From contig DATJBM010000034.1 in assembly GCA_035515295.1 (NCBI GenBank), forward strand, positions 5,346-69,345: a DNA stretch of 64,000 nt. The letters are read 5' to 3'. The stretch comes from Casimicrobiaceae bacterium. GTDB taxonomy: Bacteria > Pseudomonadota > Gammaproteobacteria > Burkholderiales > Casimicrobiaceae. The translations under genes and the position numbers were made by a program. The notes under the pieces are model-generated. The model was not told where the DNA came from, did not search any database, and saw only the letters and a program-made list of their open reading frames with translations. Within the stretch, counting starts at the first letter, position 1; each line of letters begins with the position of its first letter. Positions 10,712 to 20,580 of this stretch are shown here, piece by piece.

Positions 10712-11173
10712 TCAACCCGCCTGGTGCGCGGCGGCCTTGACGTGGTTGGCCACCGCCTTGAGCAAACTCTCCTTGGTGAACGGCTTGGTGAGGTACTGAT
10801 CGGAGCCGACCATCCGGCCGCGCGCCCGATCGAACAACCCGTCCTTCGACGACAGCATCACCACCGGCGTCTGGTGGAATTTGGCGTTCTTCTTGATGAG
10901 CGCGCAGGTCTGATAGCCGTCGAGGCGCGGCATCATGATATCGACGAAGATCAGGTCCGGCTGGTGATCGGCGATCTTGGCGAGCGCGTCGAACCCGTCG
11001 TCGGCGAGGATCACTGTGCAGCCGGCCTGAAGCAGGAAAATCTCGGCGCTGCGACGAATCGTGTTGCTGTCGTCGATCACCATGACTTTCACGCCCTTCA
11101 ATGCCGTCGCATCCGCCACTTCACGGCCCCCCGCGTCGTCGATCGATCGGATCCTCGCTGTCGTCGCCTGCAT
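10712..11173 (-). CDS. pilG: Single-domain response regulator PilG
   Basis: 153 aa, CheY-like with an N-terminal extension (VMVIDDSNTIRR...DLIFVDIMMPRLDG...SSKDGLFDRARGRMVGSDQYLTKPF). First gene of the pil-chp cluster. Confidence 0.88.
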   Translation of the reverse strand: MQATTARIRSIDDAGGREVADATALKGVKVMVIDDSNTIRRSAEIFLLQAGCTVILADDGFDALAKIADHQPDLIFVDIMMPRLDGYQTCALIKKNAKFHQTPVVMLSSKDGLFDRARGRMVGSDQYLTKPFTKESLLKAVANHVKAAAHQAG

Positions 11174-11216
11174 GCCGGCCTCACAGAGTGTGCCACGGAA
11201 GTAGGTAAATGCCTAG

Positions 11217-11232
11217 AGCATAATCCTTGCCA
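11217..11232 (-). promoter_or_regulatory. Possible sigma54-type -24/-12 element upstream of pilG
   Basis: Minus strand reads TGGCAAGGATTATGCT (GG-N10-GC spacing as in TGGCAC-N5-TTGCW), about 45 nt upstream of the pilG ATG. Single-site pattern match only. Confidence 0.25.
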
Positions 11233-11378
11233 GAAAAGGCAAAGCCGAGCGCGCTGAGCGATTTACAACAGTCACTTCGTGCAAACTTGCGGACAAAGTG
11301 CCGTTTTTGGGCAGTTGCCGGCCCCGGCCCGCAATAGGCCGGCTGCGTCCTCAGCAGGCGCACCCGTGGCCGGGGAAG

Positions 11379-12911
11379 TCAGTCTCGGTGGCGGATCGAG
11401 CGACCGAGAAACATGCGATACGCCGGATTCGCCGTCTCTTCGACGTACGGATAGCCCAGCCGGCTCAGGAAACGCTGGAATTCGGCGTGGTCCGACGGCG
11501 GGACCTGCATGCCGACGAGCACCCGGCCGTAGTCGGCGCCCTGGTTGCGGTAGTGGAACAGGCTGATATTCCAGCCGCGGCTCATGCTGCCGAGGAATTG
11601 CATCAGCGCACCCGGACGCTCCGGGAATTCGAAGCGGTAGAGCGTCTCGTGCTCGGCCTCGGGAGCATGCCCGCCGACCAGGTGCCGCACGTGGAGCTTG
11701 GCCATCTCGTTGTCGGAGAAGTCGTAGGCTTCGATCCGCCGCCCGTGCATCGCCCGCAGGAGCTCGCGGGTCTCGTGCCGCCCGCGCACCTCGACGCCGA
11801 CGAAGATATGGGCGATGCGCGGATCGGCGTAGCGGTAGTTGAACTCGGTGATGCTGCGCTTGCCGAGCAGCGCGCAGAACTCGCGAAAGCTGCCCGGGCG
11901 CTCCGGTATGGTCACCGCCAGGATCGCTTCGCGCTCCTCGCCCAGCTCGGCCCGCTCGGCGACGAAGCGCAGCCGGTCGAAGTTCATGTTGGCGCCGCTG
12001 GCGATCGCGACGTAGGTGCGGTCGCGCAACCGATGCCGCTCGCAATAGGCCTTGACCCCCGCGACCGCGAGCGCCCCCGCGGGCTCGAGGATGGAGCGCG
12101 TGTCCTCGAAGGTGTCCTTGATCGCTGCGCAGATCGCGTCGGTGTCGACCAGCACCATCTCGTCGAGGAGAGTACGGCAGAGCCGGAACGGCTCCGCCCC
12201 GACCTGCTTCACCGCCACGCCGTCGGCGAAGAGGCCGACGTCCTTGAGCTTCAGGCGCCGGCCCGCGTCGAGCGAGCGCGCCATCGCCGCCGCGTCGACC
12301 GGCTCGACGCCGATCACCCGCACCTCCGGGCGCACGCGCTTGACGTAGGCGGCGATCCCCGCGATCAGCCCGCCGCCGCCAACCGGCACGAAGATGGCGT
12401 CGATCGTTCCTTGCTGCTGGCGCAGGATCTCCATGCCGATCGTGCCCTGACCGGCAATCACGTCCGGGTCGTCGTACGGATGCACGAACACGGCGCCGCT
12501 CGAACGGGCCATTGCCGAGGCGCGCGCATAGGCGTCGCTGTACGAGTCGCCGTGAAGGAGGACCTTCGCCCCGCGCCCCGCTACCGCCTCGATCTTGATG
12601 TGCGGCGTGGTGATCGGCATGACGATCGTCGACCGGCAGGAGAGCCGCTGGGCGGCGAGCGCCACGCCCTGCGCATGATTGCCGGCGGAAGCCGCGATCA
12701 CTCCCCTTGCGCGCTCGGCCTCGGAGAGATGCGCCATCTTGTTGTAGGCGCCGCGAAGCTTGAACGAGAACACCGACTGCTGATCCTCACGCTTGAGCAG
12801 CACGCGGTTACCCAAGCGCTCCGAGAGCGTCGCTGCGGGCTCCAGCGGCGACTCGACCGCCACCTCGTAGACCTTGGCGGTGAGGATGCGCTTGAGGTAG
12901 TCGACAGACAT
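11379..12911 (-). CDS. ilvA: Biosynthetic threonine dehydratase (threonine ammonia-lyase)
   Basis: PLP motif FSFKLRGAYN, GGGGLIAG, and two C-terminal ACT-like regulatory repeats. Start trimmed to ATG 12911 (MSVDYLKRILTAKVYEV...). Confidence 0.92.
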   Translation of the reverse strand: MSVDYLKRILTAKVYEVAVESPLEPAATLSERLGNRVLLKREDQQSVFSFKLRGAYNKMAHLSEAERARGVIAASAGNHAQGVALAAQRLSCRSTIVMPITTPHIKIEAVAGRGAKVLLHGDSYSDAYARASAMARSSGAVFVHPYDDPDVIAGQGTIGMEILRQQQGTIDAIFVPVGGGGLIAGIAAYVKRVRPEVRVIGVEPVDAAAMARSLDAGRRLKLKDVGLFADGVAVKQVGAEPFRLCRTLLDEMVLVDTDAICAAIKDTFEDTRSILEPAGALAVAGVKAYCERHRLRDRTYVAIASGANMNFDRLRFVAERAELGEEREAILAVTIPERPGSFREFCALLGKRSITEFNYRYADPRIAHIFVGVEVRGRHETRELLRAMHGRRIEAYDFSDNEMAKLHVRHLVGGHAPEAEHETLYRFEFPERPGALMQFLGSMSRGWNISLFHYRNQGADYGRVLVGMQVPPSDHAEFQRFLSRLGYPYVEETANPAYRMFLGRSIRHRD

Positions 12912-13018
12912 CGCTTGGGAGGGATCGCGCAGCGAGGGCCGTGAAGCGTAGCAGAAACGCCGCGCGCGCCAAAGGCGCGGGCGCGGCGTTTCTGCTAGCC
13001 TTCGCGCTTCGCCCGTCC

Positions 13019-14515
13019 ATGCGCCGAGCCCCCACCCCGACCGCCGCAACCGCCCGCACGCTCGCCGTCGTCGACCTGGGCTCCAACAGCTTCCGGCTCG
13101 AGATCGGACGGGTCGAGGGTAGTCAGATCTACCGCCTCGACACATGGCGCGAGACGCTGCGCTTCGGCGCGGGCCTCGATCCCCAGGGGCGGATCAAGTC
13201 CTCGGCGATGAAGGCCGCGCTCGAATGCCTGGCGCGCTTCCGCGAGCGCCTCGCCGGCCTGCATCCGTCCGCGGTGCGCGCGGTGGCGACGAACACCTTT
13301 CGCGTGGCCAAGAACGCGCGCGAGTTTCTGCCGCGCGCCGAGCGCACGCTGGGACACCCGATCGACGTCATCGGCGGCCACGAGGAGGCGCGGCTCATCT
13401 ATCTCGGCGCCGCGCACGAGCTGCCGCGCTCGCTCGAGCCGCGGCTCGTGATCGACATCGGCGGCGGCTCCACCGAGTTCATTGTCGGCCGCGGCCTCGA
13501 GCCGGAGCGGCTGGAGTCGCTCAAGATCGGCTGCGTCGGCCTGACGCAGCGGTTCTTCGGCGATGGCTCGGTCACGGCGGACGCGTTCGCGGCGTGCGAG
13601 ACAGCCGCACGGGTCGAGATCGAGCCGATCGCGGGAGAATTCGGGCCGCGGCACTGGCACGACGCGTATGCCTCGTCCGGGACCGCGGCGGCGCTGGCGG
13701 AGATCCTCGAGCAGAACGGCTTCTCGGGCGGGGGCATCACCCCGCCCGGGCTCGCGCGCCTGAAGCAGCGGATGCTCGCCGCGCGGCACATCGACCGGCT
13801 GTCGCTCCATGCGCTCAAGCCGGAGCGGGCGCCGGTGCTGGCCGCGGGACTCGCGATCATGTCCGCCGCGGTAGCCGAACTCAAGGTCCAGCGGATCGAT
13901 CCGGTCGGCGGCGCGCTCAGGCTGGGCGTGCTTTACGATCTCTTAGGCCGCACGATCGACGAGGACGTGCGCGGTGTGACCGTGGAGCGCTGCGTCAAGC
14001 GCTACAGCATCGATCGCGAGCACGCCGAGCGCGTGGCCACGCTCGCGACGAACCTCTACCGGCGCGCTGCCGGACGCCCCGACGCGGCGAAACTGCAGCT
14101 CGTACGCTGGGCGGCGACCCTGCACGAGATCGGCATGTCGGTCTCGCACATCGGCTTTCACAAGCACGGAGCCTATATCCTGCAGAACGCCGACATGCCC
14201 GGCTTCTCCTCAGGCGAACAGGCTCGCCTCTCGCTGCTCGTCTTCGGCTGCCGTGGCGGGCTCGCCAAGGTCCGGGCGGCGCTCGCCGACGACGACGTGC
14301 GGGTGCAGCTGCTCGCGTTGCGCCTGGCCGTGCTGTTCCATCACGCCCGGGCGCCGATCGCGCTGCCGCGCATCCGCCTCACCGTGGGCCGGCGCGTGGC
14401 GCTCGACGTGCCCGAGCGATGGCTGCGCGCTCATCCGCTGACGGCGCACCTGCTCGCCAAGGAGCGATCGCAGTGGCGGTCGCTGGGCTTTCCCTGGAAG
14501 GGCCGGCGCGAATGA
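13019..14515 (+). CDS. ppx: Exopolyphosphatase (Ppx/GppA family)
   Basis: LAVVDLGSNSFRLEI..., DIGGGSTEF, and a C-terminal HD-like domain. Start placed at ATG 13019, which leaves about 100 nt of divergent promoter space to ilvA; the GTG at 12941 is the alternative. Confidence 0.88.
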   Translation: MRRAPTPTAATARTLAVVDLGSNSFRLEIGRVEGSQIYRLDTWRETLRFGAGLDPQGRIKSSAMKAALECLARFRERLAGLHPSAVRAVATNTFRVAKNAREFLPRAERTLGHPIDVIGGHEEARLIYLGAAHELPRSLEPRLVIDIGGGSTEFIVGRGLEPERLESLKIGCVGLTQRFFGDGSVTADAFAACETAARVEIEPIAGEFGPRHWHDAYASSGTAAALAEILEQNGFSGGGITPPGLARLKQRMLAARHIDRLSLHALKPERAPVLAAGLAIMSAAVAELKVQRIDPVGGALRLGVLYDLLGRTIDEDVRGVTVERCVKRYSIDREHAERVATLATNLYRRAAGRPDAAKLQLVRWAATLHEIGMSVSHIGFHKHGAYILQNADMPGFSSGEQARLSLLVFGCRGGLAKVRAALADDDVRVQLLALRLAVLFHHARAPIALPRIRLTVGRRVALDVPERWLRAHPLTAHLLAKERSQWRSLGFPWKGRRE

Positions 14516-14548
14516 TCGCCGCGTCCGTGCGCATGCCACGCACGCCGG

Positions 14549-16720
14549 TCAGAAACCGGCGGCGGTCTTGTCCTCCATGCGCTCGAGCAGATCGAGCTGC
14601 GCCGAGACGGAGCGGCCCTTGGTCTTTGCCTTGGCGTACGTGCCATCGGGGCCGAGCTCCCACGCGTCGTGGCTGTCGCCAAGATAAGGCTTCAGGCCCT
14701 CGTCGATCACCCGCGCCTTGAGCGCGGGATCGAGCACGGGAAACGCGACCTCGATCCGGCGGAACAGATTGCGCCCCATCCAGTCGGCGCTGGCGAGATA
14801 GACGTCGTCCGCCCCGTCGTTGTGGAACAGCCACACGCGATGATGCTCGAGGAAGCGTCCGACGATCGAGCGCACCCGGATGTTGTCCGAGACCGCCTTC
14901 ACGCCCGGCCTGAGCGCGCAGGCGCCGCGGACGATGAGATCGATGCTCACGCCGGCCTGGGACGCCGAGTACAGGGCGCGCACGACGGCTTCTTCCAGGA
15001 GCGCGTTCATCTTGGCGACGATGCGCGCCGGCTTGCCGTCGCGGGCGTGCCGGGTCTCGCGCCGGATCGCGTCCAGCAGATGCCGGTGCATGGTGAACGG
15101 TGCGAGCCAGAGCCGCTTGAGCCGGTTGGCCCTGGCGAGGCTCGTGATGTGCAGAAACACTTCCTCGACGTCGCCGCACAGATCGGGGTTGGCGGTGAGC
15201 AGTCCGAAGTCGGTGTACAGCCGCGCCGTTCGCGGGTGGTAGTTGCCCGTGCCGAGATGCGCGTAGCGCTGCAGCTGCGCGCGGCCGGCCGCGTCTTTCT
15301 CCCGGCGCAGCAGCAGCGCGAGCTTGGCGTGCGTCTTCAGCCCGAACACGCCGTACACCACCTGCGCGCCCGATTCCTCGAGGCGCTCCGCCCAGTTGAT
15401 GTTCGCCTCCTCGTCGAAGCGCGCCAGGAGCTCGACCACCACGGTGACTTCCTTGCCGCGGCGGGCGGCCTCGATCAACGACTCCATCAGCGCCGAGTTG
15501 ACGCCGGTGCGATAGACCGTCTGCTTGATCGCGATCACATCGGCGTCGTCGGCCGCCTTGCGAATGAATTCGACCACTGGCTCGAACGATTGATACGGAT
15601 GATGCAGCAGGATGTCGTGCTGCCGGATCGCGGCGAACAGGTCCTGCTGCTCGCGCAGTCGATCCGGAAGCCCTGGGACGAACGCCGGGTACTTGAGCTC
15701 GTCCAGGTCGACCTGGTCGATGAGCGCCGACATCCGCGCCAGATTGACGGGCCCCTCGCAGCGATACAGGTCGGCGTCCTGGAGCTCGAACTGCTGCAGC
15801 AGGAAGGAGGCGAGATGCTGCGGGCAATGGGCGGCGACCTCGAGCCGCACCGCCAGGCCGAACTGGCGCTGCGGGAGCTCGCCTTCGAGTGCCTGGCGCA
15901 GGTTCTTCACTTCTTCCTCGTCGATCCACAGGTCGGCGTCCCGGGTGACGCGGAACTGCGAATAGTTCACGACCTCGCGTCCGGCGAAGAGCTCCGAGAG
16001 GTGAGCGTGCATGATCGAGGACAGCAGCACGAAGGTGTTGTCCGAGCCCGCGACCTCGCGCGGCATCTTGATGACTCGAGGCACCAGCCGCGGCGCCTTC
16101 ACGATCGCCACGCTGGTCTCGCGACCGAAGGCGTCGCGTCCGGAGAGCTCGACGATGAAATTGAGGCTCTTGTTGACGACCTGCGGAAAGGGATGCGCCG
16201 GATCGAGGCCGATCGGCGTGAGGAGCGGCCGGATCTCGCCGTGGAAATATTGAGCCGCCCAGGCGCGCTGCGCCGGCGTGCGCTCGGCGCCGCGCACGAT
16301 CCTCACCCCGCCCGCGGTGAGCGCTGGGAGGATCTGCTCGTTGAGCACGCCGTACATCTCGGCCACGAGCCGCTGCGTGCCCTGGCTGATCTCGATCAGG
16401 CTGGCGCGCAGATCCTGCAGCGACACGCCCGCCGGCGGCGCCTTGAGGCGAATCTGCTCGCGCAGCCCGGCAATGCGGATCTCGAAGAATTCGTCCAGAT
16501 TGCTGCTCACGATGCACAGGAACCGCAGGCGCTCGAGCAGCGGCGTCGCGGGATCCTCGGCCAGGGCCAGCACGCGCCGGTTGAACGCCAGGACCGAGAG
16601 CTCGCGGTTGATCGCCGGCGGATCCGGCTCGCGGCCCGATGCCGGAGTCGGGGTGGAGGCAGGCGAGGTCAGCGTCGAGGCTGAAGGCGGCGAGGCGGAC
16701 AGAGTATCGTTGGAACGCAT
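14549..16720 (-). CDS. ppk: Polyphosphate kinase 1
   Basis: 723 aa. INRELSVLAFNRRVLALAED...RFLCIVSSNLDEFFEIR, two PLD-like HxK regions (e.g. GLKTHAKLALL), convergent with ppx. Confidence 0.93.
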   Translation of the reverse strand: MRSNDTLSASPPSASTLTSPASTPTPASGREPDPPAINRELSVLAFNRRVLALAEDPATPLLERLRFLCIVSSNLDEFFEIRIAGLREQIRLKAPPAGVSLQDLRASLIEISQGTQRLVAEMYGVLNEQILPALTAGGVRIVRGAERTPAQRAWAAQYFHGEIRPLLTPIGLDPAHPFPQVVNKSLNFIVELSGRDAFGRETSVAIVKAPRLVPRVIKMPREVAGSDNTFVLLSSIMHAHLSELFAGREVVNYSQFRVTRDADLWIDEEEVKNLRQALEGELPQRQFGLAVRLEVAAHCPQHLASFLLQQFELQDADLYRCEGPVNLARMSALIDQVDLDELKYPAFVPGLPDRLREQQDLFAAIRQHDILLHHPYQSFEPVVEFIRKAADDADVIAIKQTVYRTGVNSALMESLIEAARRGKEVTVVVELLARFDEEANINWAERLEESGAQVVYGVFGLKTHAKLALLLRREKDAAGRAQLQRYAHLGTGNYHPRTARLYTDFGLLTANPDLCGDVEEVFLHITSLARANRLKRLWLAPFTMHRHLLDAIRRETRHARDGKPARIVAKMNALLEEAVVRALYSASQAGVSIDLIVRGACALRPGVKAVSDNIRVRSIVGRFLEHHRVWLFHNDGADDVYLASADWMGRNLFRRIEVAFPVLDPALKARVIDEGLKPYLGDSHDAWELGPDGTYAKAKTKGRSVSAQLDLLERMEDKTAAGF

Positions 16721-16745
16721 GACGGTTTGGTTACGACGGACGGCT

Positions 16746-17468
16746 TCAGGCCGATGCCGCGAGCGTGGCGGCCTCCTCGAGCACGAACCACAGGCAACCG
16801 GCGCGAGCCTCGCCGGCGATCGTCGTCAGGTACTCGCGATGCGCCGCCCACTCCTCGGCGGAGGGCTGCAGCACCCGCACCGGCGGTAGCGCGCCGCTGG
16901 CGGCCAAGGTGGCGGCCTGCTCGGGCGAAGCGAGATCGATGACCAGGCTCTCCTGACCCCGGGTCATCGCCAGGTAGACCTCGGCCAGGAGGCGTGCATC
17001 GAGCAGCGCGCCGTGCAGCGTCCGGTGCGCGTTGTCCACCCCGAACCGCTCGCACAGCGCATCCAGGCTGTTCTTCTTGCCGGGAAACTGCTCGCGGGCC
17101 AACGCCAGGGTGTCGATCACGGTTTCGCAGAGGCTCGCGGTCGACGACAGGCCGAGGCGCTCCAGCTCGGCGTCCAGGAAGGCCAGGTCGAACGGGGCAT
17201 TGTGGATGACCCAGGCGGCGCCGCGCGCGAATTCGACGAGCTCCGCGGCGACGTCGGCAAATCGCGGCTTGTCGCGCAGGGCCTCCCAGGTGAGACCGTG
17301 CACGTCGGTCGCGCCCAGGTCGATGTCGCGCTCGGGATTGACGTAGTAGTGGACGCTGCGTCCGGTGAGCCGCCGATCGACTACCTCCACGGCAGCGATC
17401 TCGATGATGCGATGCCCCAGCTTCGGATCCAGCCCGGTGGTCTCGGTGTCGAGGATGAGGTGGCGCAT
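16746..17468 (-). CDS. dnaQ: DNA polymerase III epsilon subunit (3'-5' exonuclease)
   Basis: MRHLILDTETTGLDP (ExoI), IHNAPFDLAFLD (ExoII), HGALLDARLLAEVYL (ExoIII). Confidence 0.92.
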   Translation of the reverse strand: MRHLILDTETTGLDPKLGHRIIEIAAVEVVDRRLTGRSVHYYVNPERDIDLGATDVHGLTWEALRDKPRFADVAAELVEFARGAAWVIHNAPFDLAFLDAELERLGLSSTASLCETVIDTLALAREQFPGKKNSLDALCERFGVDNAHRTLHGALLDARLLAEVYLAMTRGQESLVIDLASPEQAATLAASGALPPVRVLQPSAEEWAAHREYLTTIAGEARAGCLWFVLEEAATLAASA

Positions 17469-17589
17469 GCGGGGCCGGGACCGATCGCCAGAACCGCTAC
17501 GCGAAACGCCGCTTCATGGCCCGCTATTCTCGCTCATCCGCGGCTCGAATCCCAATCCGGCTCGCGGTTGCACGGCGCCGCGAACCGAT

Positions 17590-18510
17590 TCAGCGCCGAT
17601 AGCGCTTGATCGTCGCCTGGATCTCCTCGATGGCCCGCTCGATCTCGTCGTCGGTGAGGTCGCGCTGCACGCCCTTGCGGTCGGTGAGGGTGAGGGTGCG
17701 GTCGATCTCGGTCTGGAACTCCCCGAGGTTGAGCGTCTCGGTGATCGTGGTCGTCGGCTCGTCGGTGAGGGTCTCGGGCCCCCAGCGGACGGCCACGACG
17801 GAGAGGTTGTCTCCCTCCGGACCGCCCCGCAGCTCCGCCTCGCGCATGATGTTGGGCGCCGCCTTGAGGATGGGCGTGCCGGTCAGGGCCCGGGCGAGCT
17901 CCTCCGCGGGGTAGACGCTCCACAGCCCATCCGTGCACAGCACGATCAAGTCGCCGTTGCGCAGCGGCGTGCGCCGCGACAGATCGATCACCGGATCGAC
18001 GAGCCCGCCCAGGCAGCTGAAGATCTTGTTGCGGTCCGGGTGGTCGGCAACCTCGTGCGCGCCGATGATCCCCTGGTCGAGGAGGTACTGCACTTTGGAA
18101 TGGTCCTTGGTCTGGCCGATAAGCCCGCCTTGGCGGAACAGATACAGCCGGGAGTCGCCCACGTGCGCCCAGTAGGCGTAGTTCGACTGCACCACGCAGG
18201 CGACGCAGGTCGTGCGCGGCGTCTCCAGCATCGAGAACTGGTTGGCGTAGGAGCCCAGCGCCTGGTGCGCGCGCAGCATCGCATCCTGGAGGAACTTGAG
18301 CGGATTCTTGAGCGTCGGCTTCGCCTCCTGCTGGAAGCGCTCGATGAACAACCTCACCGCGATCTGCGCCGCGATCTCGCCGCCGGCGTGCCCGCCCATG
18401 CCGTCGGCGAGCACCAGCAGCAGCGTGTCGCGGCTGTAGGTGTAGGCAAGCCGGTCCTGGTTGACCTTGCGCGGGCCCTTGCGGCTTTCCTGGAAGATGG
18501 TGAATTGCAC
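17590..18510 (-). CDS. PP2C-family Ser/Thr protein phosphatase
   Basis: NQDRLAY...LVLADGMGGHAGGEIAA...HVGDSRLYL...LCTDGLW motifs; 306 aa. Confidence 0.88.
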   Translation of the reverse strand: MQFTIFQESRKGPRKVNQDRLAYTYSRDTLLLVLADGMGGHAGGEIAAQIAVRLFIERFQQEAKPTLKNPLKFLQDAMLRAHQALGSYANQFSMLETPRTTCVACVVQSNYAYWAHVGDSRLYLFRQGGLIGQTKDHSKVQYLLDQGIIGAHEVADHPDRNKIFSCLGGLVDPVIDLSRRTPLRNGDLIVLCTDGLWSVYPAEELARALTGTPILKAAPNIMREAELRGGPEGDNLSVVAVRWGPETLTDEPTTTITETLNLGEFQTEIDRTLTLTDRKGVQRDLTDDEIERAIEEIQATIKRYRR

Positions 18511-18524
18511 GCTGCCCGCCGTTT

Positions 18525-19460
18525 CTAGACCACTTCGCTGAAGAGCTTGCGCTTCAGCGTGTTGAGGAAGGTGAGCTTGCGCTTGCGCGGCGGAATGTCG
18601 CGGATCGCCTTCTGCAGGGCGAACACGCTTTGCGGCCGCTCAAGCGGATCGAGCCGCAGGCACCAGTCGATCACTTCCAGCAGATTGTCGGAGTACGCCC
18701 CGGCCCAGATCTTCTTGGCGGAGACCAGGTGGTCCTCGGTGAGCCGGGCGTCGGCCGCCTGCGGGGCGAAGGCCGCAAGGCAGGCGAACATGCTGGCGCC
18801 GATCCCGTAGACATCGGTCCACGGGCCCAGGCGGTCCGGCTCGCGATATTGCTCCGGCGCGGCGAATCCGGGCGTATACATCGGGGCGAGCTTCGGCCGC
18901 GTGTTGGTCAGCGTCTGTCGCGCCGCGCCGAAGTCGAGCAGGACCGGCGAGCCGTCGGTGCGCAGATAGATGTTGGCCGGCTTGATGTCGAGGTGCAGGA
19001 GCTTGTGGGTGTGCACTTCGCGCAGGCCGTTCAGCAGGTGCATGAACACGTGCCGCACCAGGCGCTCGGAGACCTGGTCCTGACGCATCTGGATCTGCTG
19101 CTGCAGGGTGCGGCCCCGCTCGTAGCGCATGACCATGTAGACGGTCTCGTTGGCGCGGAAGAAATTGAGCACGCGCACCACGTTGGGATGGTTGATCTTG
19201 GCGAGCGCTCTGCCTTCCTCGAAGAAGCACTTCATCCCGTAGCGGAACGAGGTGAGGTTCTCGGCGGTGCTCGCGCGCACGATGTCGCCCTCGGTGCGCA
19301 GGACCAGCGAAGACGGCAGGTATTCCTTGATCGCGACCGGCCCGCCGCCGTCGTCGAAGGCTCGATAGACGATCGAGAACCCCCCGCGGCTGATCTGGCG
19401 ATCGATGCGGTAGTTCAGGAGCTGGTAGCCGGACGGCAGGGCCTGGTTGGTGGCGCCCAT
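18525..19460 (-). CDS. Hanks-type Ser/Thr protein kinase (catalytic domain only)
   Basis: ISRGGFSIVY...VAIKEY (G-loop and Lys), HLDIKPANIYL (catalytic loop), DFGAAR, TPGFAAPEQ. Start trimmed to ATG 19460 (MGATNQALPSGYQLL...); the upstream part of the track ORF runs through an AT-richer intergenic stretch. Confidence 0.85.
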   Translation of the reverse strand: MGATNQALPSGYQLLNYRIDRQISRGGFSIVYRAFDDGGGPVAIKEYLPSSLVLRTEGDIVRASTAENLTSFRYGMKCFFEEGRALAKINHPNVVRVLNFFRANETVYMVMRYERGRTLQQQIQMRQDQVSERLVRHVFMHLLNGLREVHTHKLLHLDIKPANIYLRTDGSPVLLDFGAARQTLTNTRPKLAPMYTPGFAAPEQYREPDRLGPWTDVYGIGASMFACLAAFAPQAADARLTEDHLVSAKKIWAGAYSDNLLEVIDWCLRLDPLERPQSVFALQKAIRDIPPRKRKLTFLNTLKRKLFSEVV

Positions 19461-19607
19461 AGACGCGTTGACGGAGCAAGTTTCATTCCGTCCGTACTTG
19501 CGCGGGTCTTTGATAACCTCTACATTCTCGGGCAACCGCGCATATAAAGCAAAGATTTCATTGAGTTTCTGTACCTTTCGGCGGCACCGGCCTCGGTCCG
19601 CCAAGCC

Positions 19608-20474
19608 ATGATCGCCAGCATGACCGGTTTCGCCGCCGCCGGTGCCGAACTGCCGGGGTGTTCGCTCGCGGTGGAGCTGCGCTCGGTCAATCACCGCTAC
19701 CTGGACGTACAGGTGAAGCTTCCCGACGAGCTGCGCACGCTCGATGCGGCGCTACGCGAGCTCCTCGCCGGACAGATCCGGCGTGGCAAGGTCGACTGCC
19801 GCATAACGCTCAATCGCGGCGTTTCGGGTGAAGCCACACTGGCGATCAATGCCGCGCGCGTCGCGCAGCTCCGCGACGCGGCCACCGAGGTTCTGCGCCA
19901 CGCGCCCGACAGCGCACCGATCTCGGTGGCCGACATCCTGCGCTGGCCCGGCGTGCTCGCCGAGCCGTCGCTGCCGCCGGAGGCGCTCGCAGAGAAGGTC
20001 ATGGAGCTCGCGCGCCGCGCGCTGGCGGAGCTCAGTGCGTCGCGCCGGCGCGAGGGCGACAAGCTCAAGGCGATGCTCGAAGAGCGCTGCCAGGGCATCG
20101 AAGGACAGCTCGAGCGCGTCGCGCCGCGCATTCCCGCGATTCACGCGGCCTATGTCGAGAAGCTTGGCGCGCGACTCAAGGAGGCCGGGCTCGATCCGGA
20201 CCAGGAGCGCCTCAGGCAGGAGCTGGTGCTGTTCGCCGCGAAGATCGACGTCGCCGAGGAGAGCTCGCGCCTCGCCACGCACGTGGCGGAAGTGCGCCGC
20301 GTGCTCGGTGCCGGCGGCGCAAGCGGCAAGCGGCTCGACTTCCTGATGCAGGAGCTCAACCGCGAGGCCAACACGCTGGGCTCGAAATCGGTCGATGCGG
20401 AGCTTTCGCAGGCCGCACTCGAGATGAAGGTCCTGATCGAGCAGATGCGTGAGCAGGTGCAGAACATCGAATGA
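19608..20474 (+). CDS. yicC: YicC-family stress-induced protein
   Basis: MIASMTGFA..., C-terminal DFLMQELNREANTLGSKS signature, conserved position upstream of gmk-rpoZ-spoT. Confidence 0.88.
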   Translation: MIASMTGFAAAGAELPGCSLAVELRSVNHRYLDVQVKLPDELRTLDAALRELLAGQIRRGKVDCRITLNRGVSGEATLAINAARVAQLRDAATEVLRHAPDSAPISVADILRWPGVLAEPSLPPEALAEKVMELARRALAELSASRRREGDKLKAMLEERCQGIEGQLERVAPRIPAIHAAYVEKLGARLKEAGLDPDQERLRQELVLFAAKIDVAEESSRLATHVAEVRRVLGAGGASGKRLDFLMQELNREANTLGSKSVDAELSQAALEMKVLIEQMREQVQNIE

Positions 20475-20580
20475 TTCGGGCGGTCGCTTGCACCGGGAGG
20501 CACAGAGACACAGAGGAAGGTATGCGCGTCCCCCTCGGTGTCACGGTGCCTTCCTGTGCAAGCAGCGCGGCCCGCAAGCC

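Noticed and set aside
11181-11363. 60-aa ORF in the ilvA/pilG intergenic region
   Set aside because: No RBS, odd composition (Cys/Phe/Lys mix), and it lies across the probable pilG promoter. Treated as non-coding.
17520-17580. tRNA-like T-arm string GGCTCGAATCC upstream of dnaQ
   Set aside because: On neither strand could I find a 5-bp T-stem flanking the loop, an acceptor stem, or an anticodon arm. It is probably a chance match in the dnaQ promoter region.
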